Part shown: piece by piece, positions 1-12,800 of the stretch
How the letters are laid out: each line of letters starts with the position of its first letter
How positions within the stretch are numbered: position 1 is the stretch's first letter
Origin: Aplysia californica
Lineage: Eukaryota
Direction: 5' to 3'
Assembly (NCBI RefSeq): GCF_000002075.1
Contig: NW_004797584.1
Coordinates: 628,848-692,847 of the forward strand
Length of the DNA stretch: 64,000 nt
Made by a program: the position numbers and the translations under genes
Notes under the pieces: generated by a model
Database searches by the model: none
What the model was told of the DNA's origin: nothing
The model's input: the letters and a program-made list of their open reading frames with translations, nothing else

Positions 1-63
1 GGATTCGAACCCGGGACCTTTGAATGAGAGGCCAACACCTTAACCTCTAGGCCACGAGAGCCC
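1..63 (-). mobile_element. SINE family A, tRNA-like head (cut by window edge)
   Basis: A box TGGCCTAGAGG and B box GGTTCGAATCC on -; matches heads at 9692, 24508 and 37410. Confidence 0.8.
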
Positions 64-465
64 CAAGAACCTTTACAGTAAGAACAAGAATATATTATGA
101 TACACGACACCATCTGACACATGTATTCATTTTTGGGGAGAGAACAAACCAAGGTAACGTCAAGTCAATGAGTAACCATGCACATATATGAAATTGAAAA
201 CATGAAGTTTAAAGAAGAACAAATAGGTACATGAACAAGAAATATTGCCATACAAAAAGGATTGCAGTTCTAAAGAACAAGAATAAAATAAATTAAGCGT
301 AAGGCACACCATGAGTCCTTACAAAGCCTCTCTTAAACTTCATCCCTTTGCCAACACAATCACATAATGCAGCAATCATCGACTCCTCTGAAAAGTTGAG
401 TCACTTCTTCTTTAAATTGTTGTTGTTGCTGCCATGGCTGTGGAAAAAAATATTTATGTAATCAT

Positions 466-728
466 AAAGGAATCAGGAAACGACAAATGCAGTTTTTGGG
501 ACACCTGAATAGACATAAGGGTCTTGAACATCTAGCTCTCACTGGCAAAACTGAGGGCAAGCGAGGCAGGGGTAGGCCCAGAACAACATACTTAAGGAAC
601 CTAAACAAATGGGTAACAGGGAAAGATCAGGGAAACGTAGCTTTTTTTAGAGCATCCGAGCAAAGGAACGGATGGAAAACCATGATCGCCGATGTCTGTC
701 GCAGATCTGGCACTGGATGATGATGATG
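466..728 (+). mobile_element. RTE-clade LINE 3' fragment
   Basis: ORF FLGHLNR..LEHLALTGKTEGKRGRGRPRTTY is a typical RTE ORF C-terminus; (GAT)n tail; flanked by aatcat on both sides. Confidence 0.8.
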
Positions 729-2223
729 AATCATTTCGCAAATGATATCTGATACCAAAATATGAGTTCAAGGCGGTCCCTTTGATGAAGCATTATCATG
801 AAAGTCCCTCGACAAAATTCTATGACTATGCCCTCCATACAAATAACCACCTCTGCCCCCATTATAACAACACTGAAAGTGCCATTATATTCAGGGGCGG
901 TTTGTTAACTGGGCAAGACCGGCGGTGCCGGTCAAATTTTTGTCAGCTAGACTGTTGACAAGAGATATATTGCTGATGATGATTTTCATTCAGTTTTAAG
1001 TAAATCCGAATAAACATGTATCAACATTCAAAAAGCACCTTGCCGATTTGAAGGCGTTCAAATCTAAGACAAGTGGGATTCACTGCTGTTTTGTCGCGAC
1101 AGAGCCTCATTTCTTCACCTGCTCGTAACTTTAAACCGTCTCCCGTCAAGCCTTCACGTCGCGGAACTTCGTATAAGGACAAACGAACACGGCGGGAACA
1201 GCGATGACGTCAGTCCAATGGACAAATGCATCGACTGCCCTGAGAGCGAAAATAGCATCCCTTGATTGCCAAATTGGCCTCCGTGTTGCTTGCAAAATCA
1301 GTAATGAGACTGTCTTGAGTCTTGAGCAGCACAGACTCTTGCAATATTTTATCAGCAATACATGTACTTATTATTCAGCCTTTCTCTATCATCAGAACAT
1401 TTATTGTCTGCATGGCACCAATCTTTTTTGTTTATTGAATTTTTAGCCACCATTAGTTCCTGTTTGGTGACTATTCATCGCTTTCTTTGTTCCCACTAAT
1501 AACATACCTGGCCCATATGAGTCTAGCCGGCGAAAAGACGAATCGTCTAGTGAAGACATATAAGGAGAATTATAACGAGGAGCGATAGGCTCTCGGCTGT
1601 CAGGGTCTGGGCCGAAAACAATGGGCCTACCCCCTCACTTCCCTCCCCTTATCCACCGTCACCCCAGCTAGACACCAAGTTCTATAAATTAGCATTTGAC
1701 ACACTTCCCCACTTTGTTACAAAAGTGTTCTGAGAACTGAGAAGTGTGATGAAGAACGTTTGATTACATAATGATGGAAAACAGTTGTCCAGCTTTGTAC
1801 AGTATCTGATTGCAGACTTAATCTGAATGGGACAGCGTCATTGGTACAGTATCAATTGATTTTTTGTCGTCATACAGTGCTGTTTTTATTACATATTTAC
1901 AGGTGGAGTGCATGTCAATATTGTGTGTGGGTGTGTAGAGTAGAAAGTAAATAAGTCTTTGGTTAAAGTATCGGAGGCCATGGCCAGCAGTTTATTGCGC
2001 TTCTCACTTTCAGTTTGTTTTCTAGCATAGACTCTAGAGTTTCTTTTTCTATGCCGTTCAAGTCAGTTTCTATTAACTCAGTAACTTCCATCATACATGA
2101 ATCATAATATTGTTTCTTGACACTACCATATTTCAGCTCTTTCACATCATATATAAATATTAAAATGTTTACAGTGGTGTGTCACAAGTGTGTGTGTGGG
2201 TGGGAGAGGGGTGGGGATGGCGA

Positions 2224-2367
2224 NNNNNNNNNNNNNNNNNNNNNNNNNNNNNNNNNNNNNNNNNNNNNNNNNNNNNNNNNNNNNNNNNNNNNNNNNNNNN
2301 NNNNNNNNNNNNNNNNNNNNNNNNNNNNNNNNNNNNNNNNNNNNNNNNNNNNNNNNNNNNNNNNNNN
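2224..2367. other. Assembly gap (144 N)
   Basis: Run of n. Confidence 1.
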
Positions 2368-3634
2368 AGGAAGAAAGAGTCTATGTGAATGATGGCCGGT
2401 CAGTTCTATAAACCACAAGCCGCCACTGATTATATTTCATTTCTAACAACAGGGAGTACTAAAACAAAGAGCGGGTTCGTTCGGTAATGGCTCTCTTATA
2501 AAAATAAATGTACCCCGAACGAACCACCCTCTTACCACCCAAATCTCAAACGAACCAGGAAAATCCCCCTCACAGAAGCATAGATGAAGGTTTTTAACAT
2601 GCCCTGGCTACATCCAGGTCAACCGGAAGTGCTAGTTTTACTATCCATGACCTTAGACCTCTTGAGTTATAACCTTAGTAAATGCTATAGATGGCGGGGA
2701 AAAATCAATAACTTACCTCGGTTCGCAACTTTGATGAAGCACTGTGATCAAACAAAGACGTAAACAGCAAGCCGACCGACATGAAATTGAAGAAGGATGA
2801 AAGCCACGCCTTCGCAAATAGGTTAGACCACGAAATTGGTCTTCCCTTTCACCACATAAACGAAACAAGCGACGGGTGGTTCATATTGGGTAATGGTTCG
2901 TATGGGGTCCAATCACTCTAGACTACTTCTGAGCAGGCACACGAAGCCAATAAAAAATTAAGAAACATGAAATCTTAAGATGCTCTCGCTTCAAGTTTCA
3001 AATACGACACATACCATTTTCTCACAGCAGTACGAATAATTTCTGACAGATTTTCGCTAAGTTGGAAAAAAACATAGATCTAGATCTAGATGTACACTAT
3101 AGGTTTAAAATGGGTAACTCTATGGAGAAAACATCTCTGTTCGAAGTCGAAGGGTTCAATTCAGCCTCAGTGAGAACTGCCTAGCAGTCGACAAAATTGA
3201 AGGCTTTCAAAGTGGTCTCCCTCTAAAACACACTAAATTTAGAAGCAAACAAAAACAAAACAAGGAATTATGGAAACAGATTTTAGAGAAAAAAAAGTTG
3301 ATGTCTTTTAAATTTTCGAAAAATACATTTGATAGTAGATCTATATGTACAAGATAATAATTTTTTAATGAATAATTTGAAACATGTCCTTCATTATTTT
3401 CCATTTTTGTAAACAGTCTTGGTATTTAGTATTTTAGAATCATGAAATTACTTTACTTCCGGTTTGTTCCTAAACTAACAATAACTTGAGAAGAGAAGAA
3501 CGTCAATAAGACGACATATGAACCTGTTAATGCGTAGAAGAAAGTGGTCCAGTTACAGAATCTACGTCTTTTAACTCTGAACTTGTTGATTATAAAATTT
3601 AATAGGTGATCATGTCACTACTGTAGCCAGCAGT

Positions 3635-3751
3635 ATGGCAGATAAAATAGTTGTTAAAAAGGACCAAGCGCTTGTTCCCTTCCAATTCAAAGTCCCAGCA
3701 CAGAGGGCTGTGAAAGCTCAGAAAGTGTTGACCGAAGATGAGTTTTCTCAG
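3635..3751 (+). CDS. ESS2: ESS2 coding exon 1 (MADKIVVKKDQALVPFQFKVPAQRAVKAQKVLTEDEFSQ)
   Basis: ATG in agtATGg context; ends CAG|gtgtgt, phase 0. Confidence 0.88.
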
Positions 3752-4490
3752 GTGTGTCTCCTTAGCCTCTCTATTGTGTAAATTCGACTCGACGTAAAAA
3801 CATAGATCTAATCAGAGAGGGAAGATTCTGTCCATAAGAGACTTTTAAAGATTTCATATACTTCTAGATCTAGAGTGGCAGCAGGTCTGCAGGCGATTTT
3901 GTAGTTTCGTTCGTTAAAGTCAAGAGATGGGGCAAGCCCCCCTGACCTAATAAAAATATGGAGGTTGGGGGGGTTCAGGGGGGCATGCCCCCGTGAATGT
4001 TTTCCTAATGTGATGTTTTAAAGTTAGGTTGCATCCCTGCTCTTTGTGCAGCCTATTTCAAAGAGTATTTGGTCATCAAGACTTCTGGATTTCTTCTCTG
4101 GATGTAAACAAATGGGTCGTGGACTTAAACGAACGGAACTACAAGATCACCGGTCTGCATTCCCTCTTTAGCCTTCTTAATTTTTTAAACGAAGTGTATA
4201 ATAGACCCGGTAACCGGGAACAAAGTCGCGAAGTATACAGACCCGGTAGGGGAACTCTTTTGTGATTTCAGAAAGTTTCGTTCAGCGCCCAGACCCGGTA
4301 GTGTGTGTGTGTGTGTGTGAGAGCGAGAGAGAGAGAGAGGAGAGAAGTGCTAGCAAAATGTATATTATGACATGCCCCAGTTGGCAGGATGGAACGAGAG
4401 AAAGATAGAGTGGGAAATAGGTGGGGAGAAAGAAAGACAGAGACAAACAAAGAAAAAGAGAATGCGAGCGATACACAGAGACAGAGGAAG

Positions 4491-4542
<52 letters not shown>

Positions 4543-6792
4543 CAGAGAAATAGAGAGGGGACTGCTCGATTGAAATTATGACATTGTTGTTTTCTTCAAA
4601 TTGTGATTCCTCCAACTCCAAAACGTAGGAAAAACGATCGTTCATCGAAAAGGCATCCGCAATCTTCATTTAGATCTAGATCTAGATCTAGGCTAGCCTC
4701 GAATCTAGATCAATGATTTATGTCTGTCTGTCTAGATCTAGACCTAGACCATAGAATAGAGATCTAGATCTAGATCTAGAAGAAGTCTACCAGTAGTGTA
4801 GAATTCTGTGGTCTACCCTGAGCCAAGAGGGCGCTGAAACTTTCCGAAATCACAAAAGAGTTCCCCTACCGGGTCTGTATACTTTGTGACTTTGTACTCG
4901 GTTACCGGATCTGTATTCACTCCCTTTTTTAAAATCCAGTCGCAATTTTACTAAAAGCGTATGTTTTGGATGGCTGGGGGGCCTGCTGCACGGCGTCACT
5001 TTTCGCCCGATTCTGTTACTTTTAGTTAGCGTGACTCAGCAACCCGCCGAAGCTCCCTGGCTCGGGGTCACGGGGTTAATGAGCCCTGCAGCGAATTTGC
5101 CGGTGTCGGTTAGGAAGTTCGCATTTTTGACATAGGTTTAAAACAATATAAAATAACTTCTTCCCCATCCCACACAGCAAACCATTACGCGGATGTACTA
5201 AAAGCTCAATGTCTTGAGATTTATTCTGCGTTAGAATGGTTAATTTCTGTGCCTTGGTTTTTGTTCTAGACAAGTGTTTGTAGAGTACCCAATTTGTCCT
5301 ATTTTAGAATCTAGATCTAGTTACAAACTGAATAGCCTAAATGATTGTAAATTTTAAAAAGGCTCAACAGATCTCTCCAAAATCTGTGTTAAACTGACTA
5401 CGAATATCATGTCTTTTACTATGAGAAATCTTAAATCTGCGCGAGTAGAAATAGTCAAGTTATAAGAGAAGAAAGATGCACATCTGCATTTTTTAACTAA
5501 AGACGATCAGCGTTAGCTCTTATTTTACTATTAAACAAGAGAAAGTTACTCTGCGTTTGTTAATAAATCATGCTGTGTCTGTGGCAGCCTGTATACAACT
5601 AAAAAGATATAATATAAGCGATTAAAAAACCCCACAAAACCGTGTAAATTACATGGGTAGATAAACTTCTTGTATGGAATAAAAATAATGACAGCTAAAA
5701 CATTCATTCTTAGTTTTTGTGTAGGAAATATGCGCGGACACAATAGAATATAAAGAAATCAGTCACATTGTCAGTTATTGCAAATGGTCATATTAACAAC
5801 AAAAAAAGCTGGGAAAGTCTGGTGCTGATTCGGTGTCCCTGGAAAGCTAGAAATAACCCAATTACGGGAAGTCATCCCTATTAATACTATTATTCAGTCA
5901 ACTTACAATAACCTAGACTTAGTGTTTTAAGAAAAGTAAGGAATTTCTGAAGTGTAACAGATACTGTTCGAGTATTAGATCTACGTTGAAGATGTATTGT
6001 AGCACTAAAATCGATTTGTACTTTTCATATATACAGAGAAACTTCATGGTAACTTTTATAAACTTTCGAGAAAATATGCGAAATTCACGATTATATTATT
6101 AGACAATGTAAAGTTGTATTTGGAGGAATTACTTCATAGCGAATTGTGTGCCCGATGGATAAAATTGCAAAATTACAGCCTTCTATTATATGCGCAGATA
6201 CCATCTTTTCTGAGTAGCTGCACCAATGTTATGTCGTTCATGTTCCAAAAGTTCGACAGATTTTGACGAGGCCTTTTTTTATATTGATTTTTTTTCATTC
6301 ACGCTAGTCCCCCAAAAAATTACAATTTAGCATTGCCGCCTCCAGCGCGTCTAACGAAATAACCAGACAAGTTACAACGTCCGTTCTTTTTTGAGTCTCA
6401 AGAGCAGAAATGCGTGCTTTGGGTGCACTAAATGAGAATTACCATAAATACAAGGATACACCTTAAATTGTACGTTGAAAAGTACCTAAAATTAAGTTGG
6501 CCCAGACAGAGCGGGGACAGGGAGCTGACCCCCCTGACCCCGACGTGATAAGGCGCCCGGCGGGGAACCCCCTGCGGCAACTAAAATTCCACTGCCGGTG
6601 CGCCGTGGCTGATGTGTGTTCTGCACTGAGAACAGTAGGTCTAAGTGTAAGGCTGCCTAAAATATTACGTGTGTGTTCTGCAGGGATACTTGCAAATATA
6701 GCCTAAAGGTTTAAATAGTAAATTTGTGGAATAGAATTTCATGATTCAATCTAGATCTATAATGTGACTATAATTATATTGTTAATCATTGT

Positions 6793-6836
<44 letters not shown>

Positions 6837-9800
6837 TATGTGTGCATTTAAAAAAATGATCATTTGAAGTTGAAGAAAGACCAGGATTAAAAGTGATATA
6901 ATTCTTTACTTTTCTTTTATTTCTTCTCAGGGAATCACCAAGATTATTGAAAGAGATTTCTTTCCTGACATTCCAAAACTCGAGGCTCAGGTTGAGTATT
7001 ATGAGGCTTTAGAGAAAAATGATTTGGTCAAATTGAGGGAGATTCAGATGCAATATGGCCGCCCTGAGACTGGTGCATCAGGTGCAGGTATGGATGTTTT
7101 CTTGAAAAAATTGTTTTATATTGTTCTTGCTGTATTGTCTTAAATGCATTTTTTTTTCTTTTGAAAGTTGTTGTGATTCTATGCCTTGTATAAAAGTGAA
7201 ATCAAAATTATATATATATGAAAGAAATGTTTAATTTGTAACTAATCCTGCCTTCTGCATCGGCTCTGTCTTCTTTTACGTGTGTGGCGCCAGTTGCCTA
7301 GTGGTTAGGCTACCGGACTCGTAATTGTGAGGTTGCAGGTTCAGGGTTTTGAACCTCGGGCCTGATGTTGTGTCCTTGGGAAAGGCTCTTTACACAAACT
7401 TTCCTCACTTCACCCAGGTGGGAATGGGCACCGGGCCATAGACAGTGAAAGATCTTGTCAGTATGTTAGTGTTTGAGCACCCATAAGGCAACTTGAACTT
7501 TTTCTTTCTTTTTTTTTGGTAAGTGTTTTACGGTGCTCACAACTGCATAAGGTGATAAAAGCGCGTGGGCCACACCAAACATTTTGCTGTTCGTAGGTAA
7601 TTTTGAATTTTGCGTGGGTGGAGGCCAAAGCTTGCTCTTAACGATTTTTGACCACCAACGGATCTTTAACGTGTGCAACCTCCAAGATTTTTCGCCTTTG
7701 TCCTTGAAGGCTGCGTGTTGATCTTACCTACCAAAAGGTCAGGGGTGCGGCTGAAAGACAGCAGTAAGAAAGAGCCAAGGAGAAGCAGTAGAAAGGCTGC
7801 AGAAAGAGTCAAGAGCCCAGAGGAGGGGGCAAAGGAGGCGAGGGGGGGGGGGAGTGGCTGAAAGTGGAGACGCTATACAAATGCTATCTATTATTAAACA
7901 TAATAATTTTTGTATGACATTTCTTGGGAAAATGGCCTTTTATCCCCTTCATCACCTGGATGATGCTTGCTGTATGTACTGTCAAGAGATGATAATGACA
8001 CACTATGCAGAGATGCCAACCACAGAAAACCGAAATGAGTATTGGGAAATATGAAGATGTGTATTTTTAGAGGGAAATGTGTATTCCCCATGACCGACCG
8101 ACCAACTAGTAAAATGTTCAGGGCGTCCAGCAATATTTCCTGAAAAAAAATTACAAGCTCACCAGCTCGAAAAAGGGAGCACACACGTGTACAATATACA
8201 TGTATCCAGTAAACAACATGTCAGTGTTCAGTGTCGTACTGGGGTCTTGTTTGACTTAAGTATTTCAGTCTATTATAAGATTTCGTCTCATTATTATATA
8301 AAAAATTAATCCAGCTTTGAGCGTTCAGAAGGGCCTAGAAGTAGAATTTCGACTATCAAGAAACAGTCTGGGTGTCATGATTCATGTTATGAACTGACAG
8401 ACTAAAATTATTGTTCAAACTCAGAGAAGAGCCATATGATAACTTGAATGGCTCAAGTAGACCCATGCAGTGTGAGGGTTGTAACAACTGTGGGAGGGCA
8501 AGATGCAGTGACACTGAAAATCTGCCAGTCTTGAACAGAAAGCTGCAACATACACTGTAGGTATAATTTACTATCACCCATCCAATGAAACGCGAACACT
8601 TTATTTCAATAACATAGACTTACAAAGTATGAAGGGACCCGATTCCGCACACGGCCTGCACCAACGCGCGCTTTGCAGAGAACTCTAATCAATATACTGA
8701 AATTGCTTCAAAGTTTTTGTCCTCTGGTGTTGCCTTCAACCCCCCCCCCCTCCCCCCGTGTATCTTTAAAAAAAATCAATAATCCCCTCCCCTATTCCGT
8801 AGTCCTATACCTCGCCACGCCGTTACTGCCACCAAAGACAGTCTTTGCTCACACTATGCTGTATTTTTATGATGCGAATGCGCGCAGGGTCACTGACCGT
8901 TCACGATGGCGAGCCAGACAATCTAAAAATCGGACGATGCTTGTATTTTCTTTTCTTTTTTCCCACAAGTGACAGCACAGAGACGAGTCGGAGTATTGAT
9001 TAAATTTTATTTGCACAGCGACACAACCAGCATGTCACAAATGTTGCGTTATCAGACTACGCTGGCAAACTTCTCTGTGGTAACGAAAGCGAAAGTAGAT
9101 CTTGATTTTCCCGATCGAGCCTCGGTGTCACATACACTTCCGCCTGCCGCCTGTCCTCATGAAAGTGAAACGTACTCTCAGGCGGGGAAAAGCTGAACGA
9201 ATATAATATTACAATCGCGACCGGGAAAATTGAACTTACTGACCTTATTGGACTTTGTTTTCAAATATTCCAATTCTGTGATACTGAGATTATTTTGACA
9301 AAAGATGGGACTTGAGATAATTAGGTTTACTCGCCCAAGCTGAATCTCGTATTTTTCTGATTCCAGGATGCGTATTTTTTCATGAAAAGTCGTATTCGTG
9401 CATTTTCGGCAAAAAAAATCTTACTAAAATACGTAAAATCGTACTGGTTGGCATCTCTGCACTATGGTATATATGGTATATGTATAATGCCATCTGTCAT
9501 TTTCAGATAGTATGTAGAAATCCTGTCTAGGCAGAAAGTTGAGACGAAAGCAGACTACAAAACATTGCTAGAGCAGGAAAAGAGGTGAAAGGAGACCATT
9601 TTAGAGAAGAAAAATTTCTGTCCTGCCCGGATTTGAACCCGTAACCTTTGAATGAGAGGCGAACACCTTAACCTCTAGGCCACGAGAGCCCCTGTCTAGG
9701 GTCTAGTGAAATCTGTGCAGATTGGAAATTGAAAATAATGTGGCAATCTCTGGTTTTGGCCCAAAAATAATGAAATATGAATAGTAACTTTACATGGGTT

Positions 9801-12800
9801 AGGATTAGGGGTAGGATAGTAGGGTAGTGTAGTAGTAATCGCTAGGGTCAGAATCAGATTATCCTAAAAATGCTATATATATAATTACAGTCCAATATCA
9901 TGTACAAAGATAGCATATTTTCAGGTCCTGAATTTTTTCTTATTTAACTGTGTATATTCTTTGTATTTAAAACAAATACAATGGAATCCTGTTATAACGA
10001 GAGGTGCCAAATGTCTGTTTTAGCAGGATTTCTTTATAAAGGATCCAATAATAAATTCAAGGGAAATAGTAAAGTAGGCCTATTCTATGAGTCTGGTTTT
10101 CAGTTAATTTCTTTTTGTAATCTCCCCTGATGATGATTTGGTTCAACATGACCTTTAAGTCTTACTTGATCAAAAGTGGAATCAGGTTTCTTTCTCTAGC
10201 GCTAGCGATGTTGACAGCTCGGCGTAGGCGATCAGAAAGAAAATTCTCTAGGTTAGTTCACCCGCTGTGTTATCCCCCACCCCTCCACACCCTGTGGTGC
10301 GTTCCGTCTGCTTGTGCACAATGGGAACATACCACACCCTGCCCCCCATCACACATTCGCTCCGTCCATCACAGTACAGCGCTATGACCTCTCCGTTCCT
10401 GCATCGGAGAAGTGAGAGGCACGGTATGCCTAGATAATCAAGACTTGGCTGGCCTATCACACGATGAGTTCTGCTTGTCTGTGCATGCCACTCTCCCCAC
10501 TCATTCAATCCGGCCTTCATTGTTGGCACACGTGGGCTCTCCCATTCTTTGTTTCGCAAGATAACCGACAAGTTTCTCAACTAGCGAGGTTTTACATGAA
10601 TAAATGGCTTATGCGTTGTGCACAGCAGCAGCTATATTCTGCTTTAACTGACTCTCGAGTTTGTCTGCTTGCGTTATAGCAGTATTTTTATTTACAAAGA
10701 TAAAAAAGGGAAAAAAACATGGTTTTAGAAAAGTGTCTTTATAACAGACTTCTCGTTATTTCAGGAGTTGTTATAAGTGGATTCCACTCTAGCAAAATTC
10801 GTTATTATGAAAAAATTTCCACGTCCCACCAGTTTCGCTTTGTGCGTGCTAAACTGTAGACGTTTTTGTGAAGTAAGATTTGAAGTCTAATTTTAGCCTT
10901 CATGTTGTCATCTATGAGCCTAGCATGACTTGAATTACATAATAGGAAGATAATATCACCACATGAAATGTTCTTTTTGTTGGTATGAAAATGTGATAAT
11001 TTTTGATTCTCTCTTTTACACACGTAGCTCTTACTCCAGCAACGTTCGAAACCCCTGTAGGCAGGAGGAAAACAACGCCTGCAAAGAAGGGCAGACCGAG
11101 CACGGACAACTTACGCCCTGGTACTAGTGGCGATGTCGGAGGCACTTCAGAGGATGTCAGTGAAGAAGTTCCAGAGGAAGGTAACAAAAATTGCATGTTT
11201 TAGGAAATGACTTGTTTAGAGCTTTTTCTTCTTCTTTCCATAATATAATAAAAAGAGATGAAAATTGTAGTGTAAAATTGTTTTTAAAAGTTTTGTAAAG
11301 TTAACCTGTCCTGGACATAATGCTGATCAATTACTTCCTGAGATTACATTTGTACATCTTGCCCCAAGATCTGGAATGCTTTTCCCTGTAGTTAAAGAGG
11401 GATCAAATCTTTGTATTAATTTAAATGTAAGCTTCTGTCGTTTCTGTTTTTAGATGAAAAAGATACATGTGTGTTGAGCGCAATGCAAAACAAATTATAA
11501 ATGTATTGACAGAAAAATGTTGATTTTTGTCAATTTCACTATTTTGATGAGCACCTGATTTCACCACGATGCCTCACATACTGAAATTTTTGTTCAGAAC
11601 ACAATGTATTGTTTATGCGTTACCATTAATTTGTGAAACGCTCAAAGCCTGTGTTCTTTAGTCGGGTTGAACACTTTATAAATGTCATTATTATTCTTAA
11701 ATGTTGTGTTAATGCACAACAGACCCTTTGGAATGCCCTTCTAGTAGATTGTTACATTGTAGTGTAACTTGGGGTAGGAGGAGGGGGGGTTGTGGAGTTG
11801 TTCCTGCAACACTGAAATCAGTTGTGTAACTGTAATAGAATGTTAAAAAAATTGTTTTTTGTTTGATTTACATGATGCAGAAGAGTCATTGCATTCTCCT
11901 TTCTGTGCCCCTAACATAACCTTTTTTTACTTATTCATTTTGTGACTCGTCAGAGATGGAAACACCAAAGATGAAGCTCGACTCATTCTTGGCACGGAAC
12001 ACGAGTGAAGACAGCGCCTCCTTTTCTGAGCTGCTGAAGGAATCGGAGCGCAAGAGACAGCTCAAATATGAGTGGCTCTTCCAGAAAGAGAAAGAGCAGC
12101 TGGCAGTAAGTCAGAAGAAAAAGAAAAAAACCTGTTCTTATAACCCTGAATGTTTATTATGCACTAGTGCTGATATTTTCATGGGTTAAATCGATTTTTG
12201 TACAGGAGAGCTTTGGCTAGTGAATAGTTTAAGGGTACTGATTGGAGGCTGTGTAAGTTTCTGAAAATGTAACTGCATGAGTTATAGAATACTCACAACT
12301 CAATTGATGATTTCATGAATGTCTGTTTGAATTAAATAAGGCCCAAGTCTGTATATGTAAAATTGACTGCAATAATGTTCCCAAATTGTGAAAGTGAGCA
12401 GTGATTACATGATTATGTAGACTCTTCACTCCTAAGGAAAAATAGGGTCTACTTGTACCTCCTAGACAGTATTCCAGTGACAATTTCGATACATAGTTCC
12501 TTGAAGTTGATGGGCATGTCACATTTTGTATTATCACGCAATGCTTTTTTCATCAGACATTTAGAACGTCCAAATGTTGATTACAAAAAATGAAAAATTC
12601 TGGTCCTTCAATGTAACTGTCTACATACATGTGAATAGTGCATGCTAGCTGTGTGTTTTCAAATTTAAAAAAAACAATCCTAAATTTGTATCCTCATTAA
12701 CCTTCCCTGTGCATATAAAGTATTTGTTAAAAGTCTTAAGTTTTAAATGGTAACCCCCACCCTCACATCAGAATAGATGACATATGAAAATTTGGGTTGT

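Larger units (their letters stand above)
323..2830 (-). other. Tentative 5' end of a divergent gene (candidate exons ~2717-2830 and 323-437)
   Basis: Strong donor GAG|gtaagt at 2717/2716; acceptor ttttttccacag before 437; donor gtaagg after 323; possible start MIAALCDCVGKGMKFKRGF (379-323). No homology recognised. Confidence 0.3.

Noticed and set aside
1963-2145. 60-aa minus-strand ORF that reads protein-like
   Set aside because: No recognisable family or clear splice sites, and next to an assembly gap; cannot be supported
2117-2418. ORFs spanning X residues
   Set aside because: Artefacts of the N gap
4268-4669. 133-aa ORF with SLSLSL tract
   Set aside because: Produced by the (AG)n microsatellite inside a MITE
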